Shown here: one piece after another, positions 39,286 to 54,785 of the stretch
Numbering within the stretch: position 1 is the stretch's first letter
Layout: each line of letters starts with the position of its first letter
Source of the DNA: Octopus sinensis
Taxonomy: Eukaryota
Length of the DNA: 64,000 nucleotides
Direction of reading: 5' to 3'
Assembly (NCBI RefSeq): GCF_006345805.1
Contig: NC_043003.1
Location: 65,906,001 to 65,970,000 of the forward strand
The notes under the pieces: generated by a model
What the model saw: the letters and a program-made list of their open reading frames with translations, nothing else
Databases searched by the model: none
Told to the model about the DNA's origin: nothing
Made by a program: the position numbers and the translations under genes

Positions 39286-39338
39286 CGATGTCATCGGCTA
39301 AGAACGATGTCATCGGCTAAGAACGATGTCATCGGCTA
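39286..39338. repeat. 19-bp minisatellite x2.8 containing a CGATG-T-CATCG palindrome
   Basis: cgatgtcatcggctaagaa repeated. Confidence 0.9.
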
Positions 39339-40496
39339 CACTCGAAAATACCGCCCTTGTGTCTAACTAAGAAACATTTATTGTTTTTAGTAATGACTGT
39401 GATTATCTAACTGCCAGAATTGATAGTGTTCGAAGTGCTAGGTATTCGATTTGCAACCTTTTAGCATTTTTCTCCAGATTCAGGAGTCAGAAACCATTAG
39501 CATAGTGTACGGTAATTTGGCATAATCGTTAGCGCGTTGAAATATTTTCTTGGGCTACTATGTCCTCGCTCATTACGCCATGAGTTCAGATCCCACTTAG
39601 GTCAAGTTTGGTCTATACCTATCCTGTTTCGATAAAATAACGTATCACCTACCCTGGAACCTAAATTTCTATCTGTGTATAAATCAGAAATTATGTTTAA
39701 TATTGTCTAAGGCGGTTAACTAAGAGAATCGGTAGCACACAGGACAAAATGCTTATCGTCATTTTGTCTGTCTTTACGTTCTATGTTCAAATTTTATGGA
39801 CAGCAAGAGTGTATCTTCTGCTGTTCAAGTCTATGACGTACAACCTTATATTCCCTATACAGCTACTATATTGTTTTTTTATCCTGGGAACTAAACAGCC
39901 TCATCGTAAGATCAATCACGCCGACACTCAATTCTCTAATACATTATAGCCATTCATATTTTCTTCATCACCTATTCCCTGATCTCACTAATTTCACAGA
40001 TCTTCCAGCCCGAACTTCAACTCTAATGGAATTTATTTCATAGTCAAGTTTTTGTAGCAATCTTCATTTTGAAACTGTTCAATGGTGTTCAATGGAACAT
40101 GAAATGCCTTGATGTCAACAGTCTCAGAAGGCTTAGGAACTCCTTCTCGCTGATCGCGCTATTAAAATTATCTAGAATCCTGTCACATTCAGTAGTGACT
40201 AGCATTTGACGTCACTTGTGAACAAGTACGTTATAGCAACCGTTTAAACGCTTCCTAGAGCAGTCGTCGCAAACCATATGGAAAATGCTATTGAGATAAC
40301 TGTATAATTTAATATGCAATGTACATTGTTAAACAGTATCATAGCATGTAAATAGTATTTTATATATAATGTCTTGTTATAAAATGTAAGCAACCAATAT
40401 ATATTAAATGTTTAGATGTATGAAGACCATTTTTGAAATCAGGTAACTTAGGAAAAATGCTGTCGCTAAAAATGAAAGAAAAGTACATTTTGGACT

Positions 40497-40862
40497 AACA
40501 AGGGCACTCAGAGAGTGCAAACCTCTGCCAAGGCAGCATCAAAGTCTTCTTCACGATTAACCGGAGAGGATTTTTAAAATGAAAATATTTGAAATAAACT
40601 CGACTGCCCTCACAAACGAGAATACTAAAAATGAACACGACCGCTCTGAAAAATTAAGTAAAAAGACAGGGAAACATAATCCAGAATCCTCGCCCGGTAC
40701 CGGATTGATCTCCAAATCGTGCCAGTCACGAGGCCAAAAATCCCTGGTAGTTTCATCCGAATCCATCGAGTGTTTCTTGAGATATCTTGTCCGCGGACAA
40801 ACAAACAAACAAACACACGACGGAAAACAATAATTCCGCCTTTGCTTAGGCGGAGGTAATAA
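40497..40862 (-). mobile_element. DINE-1/Helentron-associated non-autonomous element (HINE-like)
   Basis: Sub-terminal inverted repeats ACCTCTGCC (40521-40529) and GGCGGAGGT (40849-40857), terminal stem-loop GCACTC-AGA-GAGTGC (40504-40518), short inverted repeat at the other end, (CAAA)n tract and TT/AA ends. Confidence 0.7.
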
Positions 40863-41556
40863 ATATAAACAATTCTGAAATTTGGAGTTCTTAAATCAAA
40901 ACAAGATATTCACTTTAATTAAGAGATAATGTGTGAAAAACGGTTTTCTCAAGGGAATATATTTGAAAGCAACCAACGTTCTTATACTGGACCACGTGCA
41001 ACAACAGTATGCCTTCCAAAAAACAAATAAGATGATAACTTATTTTCAAACGCATAAACACTGAGAGATGTAAGTAATACGAATTCAAAAAAATGGTTGG
41101 AGGTGTATGTGGCCACGATAGGAATTGGAATAGAATTTGACTAAATTATTAGAGTATTTGATTAGAGACTTGTAAACAGATTCACAAATTGGAAATGTAT
41201 TGGCATGGATGATGTTTACACTTGATTGTGGTTTTTATTTGACAAGCTGGTTATCCAAATGATTGAAGCTTCGATTCAGCTCTCGAGAATAACCCTTTCC
41301 TTGTTCCCAATTAGGCTCTTTCTTTCACTACACTGACGATGTTTAAGAACAGGCCAATCTAATTATTGTTTGCTTCAGCTTTTATCCTTCCATAACATAC
41401 GAACACACATACACACACACAAATATATTCATACATATATAGATACATACGTAGATACAGACAGACATACATACATGCATACATGCATATATACATACAT
41501 ACATACATACATGCATATATATATATACCTACAGATATGCATGCATACATGCATGC

Positions 41557-41589
<33 letters not shown>

Positions 41590-41608
41590 CATATACTTAC
41601 ATACATAT

Positions 41609-41654
<46 letters not shown>

Positions 41655-41656
<2 letters not shown>

Positions 41657-41719
41657 TTATAGAAGGAGCTTCTACAGGACTAGAACAGTTCTAGTCCTGT
41701 AGAAGCTCCTTCTATAAAA
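41655..41719. repeat. Perfect palindrome, 31-bp arms, 3-nt loop, abutting (TA)n
   Basis: ttttatagaaggagcttctacaggactagaa-cag-ttctagtcctgtagaagctccttctataaaa. Confidence 0.95.
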
Positions 41720-41980
41720 TAAATTAATTTACTCTGCTATGTATTGGGTACCTTATTTACTGTGGTTAACCCCGACTCAACCGGGACCTACATATATATA
41801 TATATATATACAGACAGACATGCATACATATTTGTGTGATCAGCTCGGAAATTTGTTTAGACACTGGGATATTTTCTTACTTTGCTTTACAAGAAACCAA
41901 TGGTAGCCTTAATCCACAGATAAAGAAATTATATCCACCAATGCGGTGTTGAACACTAATTTTCATCGTTAGACATTAAC

Positions 41981-42017
<37 letters not shown>

Positions 42018-42043
42018 TAGATAGAGAGACAGACAGATACTTT

Positions 42044-42084
<41 letters not shown>

Positions 42085-45000
42085 AATAAGAGAGGGAGAT
42101 CAAATATCAAATCAAATACAAAACAAAAACAACAAAATTTCAATGTAACGTTACCAGTTTATATGAAGTTGACTCTGGAAAAATGAAGAAAATTGTTCGT
42201 TAGAAGTGAGACTAGTTTTAGGAAAAATGCTGGTTGATCACGTTCCCATGTGTACCGCTCTCCAAAATATTAGATTAGTGAAGGTTTTCAATAATACAGC
42301 TTCAGTACACTAGAACAGAGGAATTGCATTCCTCAAAAGCTACCTGATCAGTACCTTGTTAACGAGAGGGTTCTCGAGAATAAGAACTTGAAGTGAAAAG
42401 AACCGACGCTATAGTTTGATCTTTTATTATTTCCAGGTACTTGGATCTGCTTTCGATACATTGATGCATTTTCTCAAATCCATGAAGTGCTCAAATATGC
42501 GGATGTATCATCGAACTTTTTTACATGAGTAGCTGAAAGAATGTTCTTAGAGTATCAAACGAGCTCACGGCTTTAAGCACCAACTTCGAATTTCCTTGTT
42601 TCGTAGAACCTGTTAATATCATGTATTCAGTAATAACGTCTCCCCACCCCCTAGGTCAGTGCAGTATTTTTTTTTACAAAAGTGATTCCGTTATTGGATA
42701 TTCCAAGATGAGAGTCCATTTAATCTGTAGATAAATCTATGGTCGTTGATCTTGATTGGCTAATATAAAAGTCCAGTCTGGATAAGTGTATCGGAAAATC
42801 GAAAAGTAGTCTCAACTAACATATGCGAAAGTAGATTTAAATGTTAATTGTTTGCCTGAAAGCTGGAAAAGCATATCTTTCATTCCTACACGATGCAAAA
42901 GACATATGCAGCTCAAGACCAGATTTTATACTCTAAAAATATCTCGAAATGTCTATAATGTGGATGCCAAATATCAAAATGAAATACCATGAAAAATTAC
43001 ATCGGTATAGTGTGTGGGTGTGTGTCCATATTTCAACTTAGCCAAAAGTGGAGAAGCAATAACCTTTTGTTACAAGCTTTCTGATATTAGCCTTACTAGA
43101 ATATGCATGCACACACAAGCATACGTACCCACTCATTAGCTACTTATATTCATTTGGCAATATGTAAATATTATGAGATTAAGATACACAACAAATAGTA
43201 CGAACAGGCAATTAGGAGAAATTCTTACTCTAAATGACCAAGTCGTAATACTCTTGAATGTTTGTATATAAACTGATTATGAAATTAAATATATTTAGTA
43301 TAATTAAAGATGAATAAAGAAAGGATGTCTTTTTATCAATATTTTAAACCAATTAGAGTAGAAGTTTGCTGTAAAGGATGTTGAAGAATTCTGAAAATGC
43401 AAAAATTTGGAAAGAAAAGAAAAGCGTTTGTGAGGTGGTAATATAAGTTCTCTTATAGTGGAAGCATTGCAAGCAGTTAAAGGGAAGATTTTCACAAGAA
43501 AATAAATTCGAATTATATCCGCCTCTACATGTTGCAAGAGAAATCGCATTTTTACCAGGAAAAAAACATTGAAGAAATATAGTTGTGATTTTCAGCACAA
43601 TCAAATACTTTGCTTTTCCCCAGAAGGAACCGTCGATCAAGTTATCCCGTATTTGACTTCCACATAGTTCATTTCAGTCCGGAAGGATAAAACTACAAAT
43701 TGTTGGGTCTTCGCTTGGAACCTAAAAATCCCTGACTAACAGCCATTGAGACTTTTGTCTGCCGCTCTAAAAATACTTCTAGCATGGACAATGACAATAT
43801 CGATTATGCTGATTATAATTTAGTTATAATTTTATGGTAAAACTATTAAAATCAGCTAATGTCTTGGGAGGATCATTACACCAATAATAATAACACACTC
43901 ACTGGATCAATATCAGTTTGTTGTTGTTTTTACTGCCCTAACGACCTTGTCAAGACACAACAAAAATTCTTTGTCAACACAGGAGTTCTCATCAAGAATC
44001 TTGCAAACAAAACACAAAAAAGAAGTGTAAAAATCAGCTTAAACTATTATTTGAAGACAGCTAATTCTTGTTTTACCAAAACTAGAAAGAATGAAAATAA
44101 TAAGATGTTGTCACTATATTATTGTAGGGTGACCGAAATATTAACATACGTTAGAAATTTGTTCAGCCAAGTAATTTCAAGTTGTCCATTCATACTTGAA
44201 TGCAGTTTTGAATGATTTTCCAAATATCAAAACTGTTTGAACCGCAATATTATTACATACCTATCTCCTTGAGTATGATCATCCCAATGATAACTTCTTA
44301 CACTACAATTGCGATACAACTCCTCCCTTATATATAAAGAAAAGGCGTCAGTAAGAAAGCAGATGAGAAGCTGACTGATTTTATCAAAGACACGAACCAA
44401 CGAGGGTGTCCCTTAGTGGCTATCCGACCTACTAAGGAGACATCAACTAAATTCTCCTTATATAATATTCTATCCATTTAAAGAAAGGAATAAAAGAGAA
44501 ACAGTTGCCAATGTCGTGAAGATATAAAGGATTTCCTGAAATTGGCCACGTTTGGTACGTCATTTTTATAGGTCGCTAACATCAGGTTTGGCATATTTTC
44601 AAAGATAATTAGGAAAAAAAGAAAGAGAATATTAAATATATTGCACCTGCACGCACTTGTTGATAACTGAAACATCCAAAATTTAGCAACGCGCAAGGAG
44701 CTTAAGATAAAGATACGTAAAGCTTAAGGTCTGAGATTAGGTACAAAGAGTAAATAAGGGTTATGAAGGCGTTGGGTGTTATGAGGGTTTTGGATTCCTG
44801 TGAGAAATAAACACTTAATTTATATTTATATTTAAATATTTCTGAGTCGAAATTAGAATATGAGTAGGACATATGTTTTTTTAAAAGCAGAAACATAACG
44901 GAATGTGTGCAAACGTCCAATAGAATGCCATTACGTAAGACCTCGCCTTTTCAGAAAATTCTATAAAAATCATTTATCACAGCAGATACGACACAAATTC

Positions 45001-45959
45001 ACTCGTCTACTAATATATTAAATCATACACATAGTGGATGGGATAGTACAACGATATACATCTTATAAACAACTGCGCAAATTTGCTTCTGTTTGTTTAA
45101 ATAATGTACTTTTTTGCTTTATTTAACAAAAGAAAATGGTGAGGGAGCGTTTTTAAATCGCCGTTCGGTGAAAGAGGACGTTGAGTTATTTAATGCTTTC
45201 TGATTTGTTAAGGAAGGTCTTTGACAGTTCTGTTGTAACTGCGTACCAATAAGACACGGCATCCTGTGAGCATGTACACGAGTGTCTGTCAGTGATATAC
45301 GAATTTTATGGCTAGATTTGAATGTATGCTTAAGAAGGGCTCTTCACAACTAAATGACGTTCATTTCAATTTAACAGCACACGTATGATTTTTAACGTAT
45401 CCGCGGAAACTCACACAAGGAAAGGAGGACGTTTTATTTAGACGGAAGCTCTATTCCTAATACATACAATTTCTGTCTGCTTAGTTACAGGCATTTGGAG
45501 TCGATTGAACCGACGCATTCTTCCGTCAGGATTCCTGCCCCGCGTCTATGCTAGGAAATATTGGTTATACTCATCTATGATATAGGAATATATGTGAACA
45601 TATTGCAGTATGTTTTTGTTTGGTGGGAGGAAAATGTGTGTGGCGACACAGAAAATAAAGAGAAAAATTGTGTAAAGTTGAATTACACACAACTTATACA
45701 GAATTAAAAACTTTTGAGTCTGGTATGATAATAAATAAGTGTATAACAAAGTAGAGAGCCAGGAAGGTAATAGGTCTGATAAACAATTATGAATATTTAT
45801 TTGGCATATCGTGGAGAAAGGAAAAACGAAATAAGCAACGAAGGGAGATGAAATGGAATCAGTATGGTAAAGGATGTGAGGAAATACAGCGAGGTATATT
45901 GGGAAATAGAGTCAGAATCGGAAAAGAAAATACCGATAATGATATTATTGATAATAGAT

Positions 45960-45977
45960 AATAATGACGACGACGAC

Positions 45978-46030
<53 letters not shown>

Positions 46031-46032
46031 GA

Positions 46033-46086
<54 letters not shown>

Positions 46087-46320
46087 GTGGTGGTGTTGGT
46101 GGTTGTGGTGGTGGTGACGACAACGACGAGGACAAAGGCAGCAATGAGGATAATGATTAAGAACTGGATAGTAGTGTTGATAATGCTATGAATAATTTGA
46201 TGATGCATATTATATGACGACGACGATGACAATGATGATGATGACGATGATGATGATGATGACGACGACGACGACGCCGGCGACAACGTCTATGACGATG
46301 ACATTGATGATGATGACTAT
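45960..46320. repeat. (GAT/GAC)n and (GGT)n low-complexity tract at the 5' end of the HS3ST intron
   Basis: Direct reading. Confidence 0.97.
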
Positions 46321-46341
46321 AATGAGACGATTTCAAAGAAG

Positions 46342-47660
<1,319 letters not shown>

Positions 47661-47718
47661 TTAATCGTTGATTGTTGGGTCCAGTTCGGTGAAGCGTTAA
47701 ATGCCCATTTTGTACGCA

Positions 47719-47746
47719 CTGCTGTTTCAAGTAAAAAGTTTAGTAA
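47719..47746 (-). other. Candidate 3' splice acceptor upstream of the HS3ST ATG (branch-point-like TTACTAAAC, T-rich tract, tandem CAGCAG)
   Basis: Minus strand ggatttactaaactttttacttgaaacagcag|tgcg, about 60 nt upstream of the ATG at 47657. Confidence 0.45.
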
Positions 47747-49260
47747 ATCCATATATTCTTCTTAAAGTGTCATTATCTTATCCACACGTAAGCAATGTAA
47801 TCAACAAGTAAAGCTATAACTTAAAAAGAAAGAAAAAAGTAAGCCTCTGTCATGTTTCAGCATATAGAGGCATGTGCAGAAAAAGAAAGTGACCTGTTCC
47901 AGTTTATGACGTGATAACTAACTACTAATAATAAATATATATTACTTGGAGATAGCTCTCGGAAATGCCGTAGGTGTGTCTAAGCATATTGATAAGTGTT
48001 TGTTAGATTAGTTATCTCCTGTCACTTGTCACGTTAAATTTCTGAGTTTCTAATGGAGAGAGAAAAATAATCATATTTACAAAAAAAATTATATTAAAAA
48101 AATCTAACAAAGTATTTATGATACAATAAAATTACTTCCGGTGATTCGATCTGACATGTTACTTCAGATATGACGCTATATATATATATATTTATTTTTT
48201 TAAATTTCCATGTGACTGGTTCTTTTTATCTCAATCAAACGTACATCTCCTCTCACTTCCTGGAATTATTTTATATAATATTCATCTTAATAACACTGTT
48301 TCCTTCATTCAGTATTTTTCTCCTTCTGTGAAAAACTTATTCGTTCAGACCTCCAAAATATACAATACTGTTCGCGAAATTGCAATGCATACCTTCACAC
48401 AGGTAGTCAGCTTGACAAAACACTATAAATTTTCAAAATAAACTTAGAGACATACCTGTAGCAGTTTTATAATAAACGCATTCACTACTCACTTTCTTTC
48501 AAAGTACTTCTGTATACTTTCTTCGACGCCTTTCTTTTTCTCAAGTTTGCAATTTTGTTCCATATATTCTACCAGCTGGTATTTAGTATCCATCCTCATA
48601 TTCTCCTTTCTGTTACTTTTATCACGTTTTTATTATTATTATCATGAGTTTGGTATCCGAATTCAGTCCATTAAAGAGGTAGATTTGATCCACTAACACC
48701 TTGCCCGAAATTATTTGGCCTTCAACCTATGCTAAAAGGGATTATTATTATTATTATCCATAAAACAATGTCTAAAATACTACTAATATTATCATCCTCC
48801 TTTCATTTCCAGCCATCTGGGTACTTCGGGATATATATTTTTCTAAAGTAGAAAACAATATTTATTTAGTTATTATTTTCAATCGTTTCTGAGCATAACG
48901 CTTGTTTCTTTTCTTTCATATTTATCTCCACTACAACTTAATTATGAATTAAATCAAATCAGATACCATTCATACTTATATTGTAAATCGTGTTAAATTC
49001 GAAAAAGCAAATTACCTTGTATGTATAAACAAAACTATAATTATAATCTTTGTGATAATTACAAAGATTATCACCAAAAAACAGATGAATCATTAACTGT
49101 AAAAGAACTAAAAAGTGTATAGCACCAATTGCAGTAGCAGAATTTTTGTTAATCTTCGAACATTTTGTACCTTTACAGCAGTTAAACTTTCACTTCTTTT
49201 GTCGATTAGTTTTGTGTGTGATATATACTTGTATTGGTGAACAAACGAGCAGTGTATAAG

Positions 49261-49320
<60 letters not shown>

Positions 49321-50309
49321 ACGTGCGTGTGTATTTGTATATATGTATATATATATATATATGTATGTATATATACTCACACTCACAAAGATAAGTGGAG
49401 TAAGCAAGAAAGAAAGAAAAATGAAGAGATGTGTATTTATATGTGTGTGTGTGTGTGTGCGTTTGTATGTATATGTGTGTACGGAGGTGAGTATTATATT
49501 TTTATGTATATATGTAAGTGTGTATATGTGTGTGTGTGTGTGTATGTGTGAATGTGTGTGTGTGTGTATATGTGTATGTGTGTGTGTTTGTGTGTGTAAA
49601 ATATATGGAGTGTATATATTACAAGTTTTAAATTCAAACAAAAATAATCGCCTTTGAAAAATTCTAGCAGTAGTTACAGGTAATCTTGAAGCTTATGTTG
49701 TTGTGATGCATCTTTTGTTATCTTTCTCACAACACATTTTTTTTTTCAACAAAGTCTATCTCTGTATATTTTCATATTGTTTGTGTCCACGTAACTCTAG
49801 TTTCTCTGTACTTTTTCCTTCATCCACATAATATCACAACGTTCGCGCATTGTAATCTGTCCACTATGAAGCAACAGCACTACGCTCTACACTTCGCTGC
49901 ATGCTTTTCTAGTTCTAACTACCTCTAGTAAAAACACAACTTGTTGGTTGTAGTTCCTGATTTCTTCCGTCTTTCCGTCTTTCCGAATTGCTCGCTCGTG
50001 TAAAATCCACAACGTTGTATCTGTTGCTACTCAACTCTCCAGCAGCTTCCACCTCATCATTCATTTACATAAACTCTTCATCACATTGTTTTCATTTTCC
50101 TTCTTCCTTTATTCGTTCTAATGTATTTATAGATTAGCAAATCATTTGTTTTTCTTGCTTTTTTTTATATATTTATTCATTTATTTATTTTATCTTCTCT
50201 TTCATCGACCGCATTTTACTATCATTCTTACTATCAGCGCCCATCTAATCTCTCCATTTCTCGCCTTCTCTATCTACCTATACAATTTTTTTCACCTCAG
50301 GAACAAAAC

Positions 50310-50310
50310 A

Positions 50311-50369
<59 letters not shown>

Positions 50370-51110
50370 CACACACACACTCATTCTTTCTTTCTCTCAC
50401 TAACACACATTCTCCTACTTTCACTTTCACTTTCCAGCTATAACTATTTCTCTCTCTCTCTCTCTCTTTCTCTCATAAAACGTCTCATAAAACCCAGCTC
50501 TCTGTATCTTTCTTTCTCCTCCTCTCTCTCTTTCTCTCAACTTTCCTTTACGTTTTACATCTACTTCCATTACAAGTTTTCATCTCTCTCTCTCTTTCTC
50601 TCTCTCCTACTCTTACCACGCTCTCACATTCTCTCTCTCCTTTTGAACATGGACATATTCTATTAGGATGGTCATTAATGGAATATGTCCATACTAAATA
50701 AAACTAAAAGAAAAATAGACACACCCACTCCCACTCCTATCGCCACGTGTTTCAGCTGCTTTCATAATTCGTTTAATTAATTACTTTATTCCTCTATATT
50801 TGCATTAGTACCTCTTGTAGCATTATCATTCTTATCATGGACATTACTTGTACTACTACAACTTTAAGTAGTAGTTGTTGTTGTTGTTGTGATGGTGGTG
50901 GTAGTAGTATTTGTTGTTGTTGTCGTTGTGGTAGTAGTAGTAGTAGTAATAGTAGTAGTAGTAGTAGTAGTAGTAATTGTGGTAGCAGTAGCGGCAGTAA
51001 AAGTAGTAATGATTTGTTACATCAGCATAAGACTTCAAAGAAGAGAGCGAGGGAGAGAGAGAGAGGGGAGCAGAGAGGGAGAGAGAGAGAAGAAGATATA
51101 GAGAAAAAAC
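50310..51110. repeat. (CT)n, (TTG/TAG)n and (GA)n tracts
   Basis: Direct reading. Confidence 0.95.
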
Positions 51111-51254
51111 AGTGAGAGAATATAATCAATGATGGAACCGAACTAGTGTTTACTTTGGTGACATATCTTGGTGTATAAAAATCAAAGTCAATACTAACAG
51201 GACTTGAAATCGCAACATAAAGATATGTAGCTAACTAATATAAATAAATTTAGG

Positions 51255-51414
51255 CTTGGCTTGGCTCTGTGGTTAAGAAGCTCGCTTCGCAACCATCTTA
51301 GTTCGGGTTCTGTTCCACTGCACAGCAACTTAGTCAAATGTCTTCTGCTGTAACACGGATTTACAACGCCCTGTAAGTGAATTCAGTAAGCGGTAACCCG
51401 TTGAAGTTTATCGC

Positions 51415-51474
<60 letters not shown>

Positions 51475-51825
51475 GTCTATCTATCTATCAATCTATCTGT
51501 GTGTGTGTGTGCATGTTTATATACATATCTACGTATGTATGTAGATATGGGTATGTCTTTTTATTCGGGTTTATCTTCGCCCCACTGCTTCTCATCAGAC
51601 GCTAGTATGCTCAAATCTCCGTTATATGGGTCTTTCACAATGAGAATGAGGCATAAAAGCTATATAAGGAGTGGCAGTGTGGTAAGAAGCTTGCTTCCTA
51701 GCCACATGGTTCTAGGTTCAGTCCCACTGCATGGCAGCTTGGGCTGACCAAGGCTTTGTGAGTGGATCCGGTAGGCGGAAACTGAAAGAAGCTCGTCGTA
51801 TATATATGTATATATATATATGTAC
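51255..51825 (+). mobile_element. Old SINE B with internal (ATCT)n (51255-51640) followed by a younger SINE B 5' half (51667-51825)
   Basis: Two heads and two CORE-like segments. Confidence 0.75.
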
Positions 51826-52150
51826 CGGAGAGTAAGCACATAGATGTGAAACAAGGTGGAAAAAAGAGTACTCAAATGCCAGAGGTAGAGTAATATGCTT
51901 TATATAAAAGCAGCTGAAATATAACAAATCTTTATGTCACGCACCTTTGCAGGTGTTGTTAATTCAATGGAAAGAATGAGATAATGTGCAACAAAACGTT
52001 TGATTGCTGTAAGTAAATCATCTGTTTGGTTGTTCAGCAAAAAATGTAACACCCTCTTCGTCTAATGGGAACATACAGTTATTTATATTTACACACACAC
52101 ACAATATATATATACATATACATATATATATATATATATATGTAAGACCA

Positions 52151-52198
52151 GTCTTACAGATGTTTCCAGGATATTTATTATATCCCTTCATCGGAGAC
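52151..52198 (-). ncRNA. Type I hammerhead-like motif, U4C core variant
   Basis: Minus strand GUCU CCGAUGA AG-GGAUAU-AAUAA-AUAUCC-UG GAAA C-AUCU-G UA AGAC: 4-bp stem I (extendable past a bulge), 6-7 bp stem II, GUA triplet. Confidence 0.7.
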
Positions 52199-52336
52199 GG
52201 TGTGAGAAAATGTTTAAGCAATAGTTTAAGAGTGAAGTGGAGGAATGAAAATAGATGTGAGATATGCAGGGATATTGCATTTGTAGATCCATTATTTGGG
52301 CAGAATGGTATACATATAAGATTCCAATACCTTATG

Positions 52337-52367
<31 letters not shown>

Positions 52368-52460
52368 TATATTTGTATGTGATATTTATACATGAATACA
52401 AGTGTACCCGTGTACCATTGTCTACACATCACATGATGTGTTTAAAGGTATATACGTGAG

Positions 52461-52502
<42 letters not shown>

Positions 52503-53098
52503 TATATACACGCTAGTGTCAGAGTGAACACGGCATTAGTGCATAAAATTTCTTCAATTGTAGATTAAAAGCGATATGAATAGTTTAATGTCAAAAAGGT
52601 CTCTATAACTTTCAAGCGATCCACTTGGGATGTTTATAATCGTCTTCAAAATGAAGATGAAATTTATTAAATTTTTTATCATCTTCTCGAAAGTATACGC
52701 ACAACTGTGAAAGCGATATATATTCAAAAGCATACCCCATTTTTTAGAGATCCATCCTTTTCTTTTGACGTACGCAGGAATGTACGAGCTGTCGTCATTA
52801 ACAAACAGCTTAATAACGTCGAAAGATATAGGATGGAACTGCAGCCTTATATTTTTGAGTCGCTCTGTGCTTGAAGACCATTGCAATTTGGACGACTTCG
52901 CTCCTCAACCCTTTGCTCCGATAGTTCTCAGGATAATCCCATGTATCTCGGCGCTCATTCCCCTCTGTTTATTCTGGGATATATGAAGAGACTCTTCACA
53001 CTTGACGTTCACAGTTAATACCTCTTTCATTAGATTTACATTTTAAGATATTTTTCATGAATTTAACGCTGTAGGTATCATCGAGTAAGGATGATAGT

Positions 53099-53340
53099 CC
53101 AGTGATGAGGAAGTGAAAACTGTAGTGAAGAAGTGACTCAAAAGACAGTCAGCAGAATTTTACGGGGCAGAGATACATGCTCTCATTCGAAGGTAAAACA
53201 TTGCTATCGAGAGAAACGGTGACTACGTTGAGCAGTAGGGATGTGATCCACAGAAGACCAGCTTCTTTTTGATGCATGATACAAGTTTCTGTGTTGGTAA
53301 TTATACCTGTCCTAAACAAAATGGCGTTACTTTTTGACTC
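53099..53340 (+). mobile_element. Mariner 3' fragment with truncated TIR (left arm of the inverted duplication)
   Basis: Homologous to 56065-56305; the TIR stops at ...tttttgactc. Confidence 0.85.
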
Positions 53341-54469
53341 AAAGCAATTTCAAATAGACTAATGAATTAATTCGCTTTTAACGGTGAAATACGTAGTCGA
53401 TAAAGTGATAGATAGAAGCATGTAGTTACTGGGTAAAAACAAAGACACACTTTGCATTGAAACAACCGAAAATAGGCACATGGAACACGAATCTAAATCT
53501 TCTGTTAATAAGACATTCATTTCTTCCATTTCAGGTTTCTTATTACCAACGAACGTTCTACATTCTCTACGTCATAGAGTTAAGAAACTTCGAAAGAACG
53601 GGCAGCCGGGCAGTAAGAACGGGCAGTATAATAGATTTCTTTTAAGTTATTTTGTTATTTTTGTCTTTCTAAAAAGTAAATTACAATTCATTTATAAAAC
53701 ATCCTGTACGTCCCACAAAACATTTAAACTAATAGAAACTATTGAAATATTTTGTCGTGTACAAGGTGAAGTAATCTCCTCATTGCAGATTATGAAATTA
53801 GACATAATACGAAGCAAATTTTTTGCACAACTTTTTTAAAAATTTTATTTGCCGAAATTGGTGTCGGTTGATGGAGGAATGTTTCACAAGACTATTGTAT
53901 ACTGGTGTGGTCTAATTTGTCAGGAAAAAGCCTGAATAGGCAGCATTTAAGTGCTTCAAAGTACAGAGTATTTCCTTTGAATAGCTAATTTTTTTAATGA
54001 AATCCATGATTAATACGTCACGCAATCACTGACACATTCAGGTATTTATCGGTTATACACACATATATGTGCGCGCGTGTGTGTGTGCATGTGTGTATAC
54101 ATAGATACATATGTACATATACATAAATGTATGCATATATATATATGTGTGTTTATATATATATATATATATAATATATATATATATATTATACTTTATT
54201 TAAAAGCAGGAGAAATATAACAAAAGCTGTTACAACCTAAATTTGAGACGCCAGCAAAAGAAGAGACACAGAGACTTTTTCTATTCCAAAGAAAAACGAT
54301 TTTATTCATTTTATCGATCGCATTCTCACCTGGAATCGATTTTGTAATTTTTTCAAGACTTATACACACCCTGATACTGTTGGTATCTTCATATCAAATT
54401 TGAGCGCAATCAGATGGAGGATGCCCGAGATCCTAGAAGACACACACAGAGACAGACAGAACGGATTTT

Positions 54470-54495
54470 ATATGATATATATATATATAATATAT

Positions 54496-54575
<80 letters not shown>

Positions 54576-54642
54576 GCATATATCTATCTAGCTATCTAGC
54601 TATCTCTCTCTATATATATACATACATACATACATACATATA

Positions 54643-54729
<87 letters not shown>

Positions 54730-54785
54730 ATATACACATAGGTATATATATATATATACATATGTCTGCGTGCGTGTGTGTGTGT
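54470..54785. repeat. (TA)n-rich compound microsatellite inside the inverted-duplication spacer
   Basis: Direct reading. Confidence 0.97.

Noticed and set aside
49690-50130. Candidate 5' UTR exon or promoter of HS3ST
   Set aside because: No convincing minus-strand donor or core promoter motif; cannot be supported without transcripts.
52554-52886. 110-aa ORF containing ISFDVIKLFVN, reminiscent of Penelope RT motif A
   Set aside because: No downstream QxxGxxMG or YxDD motifs in the right order; a single short match is insufficient.
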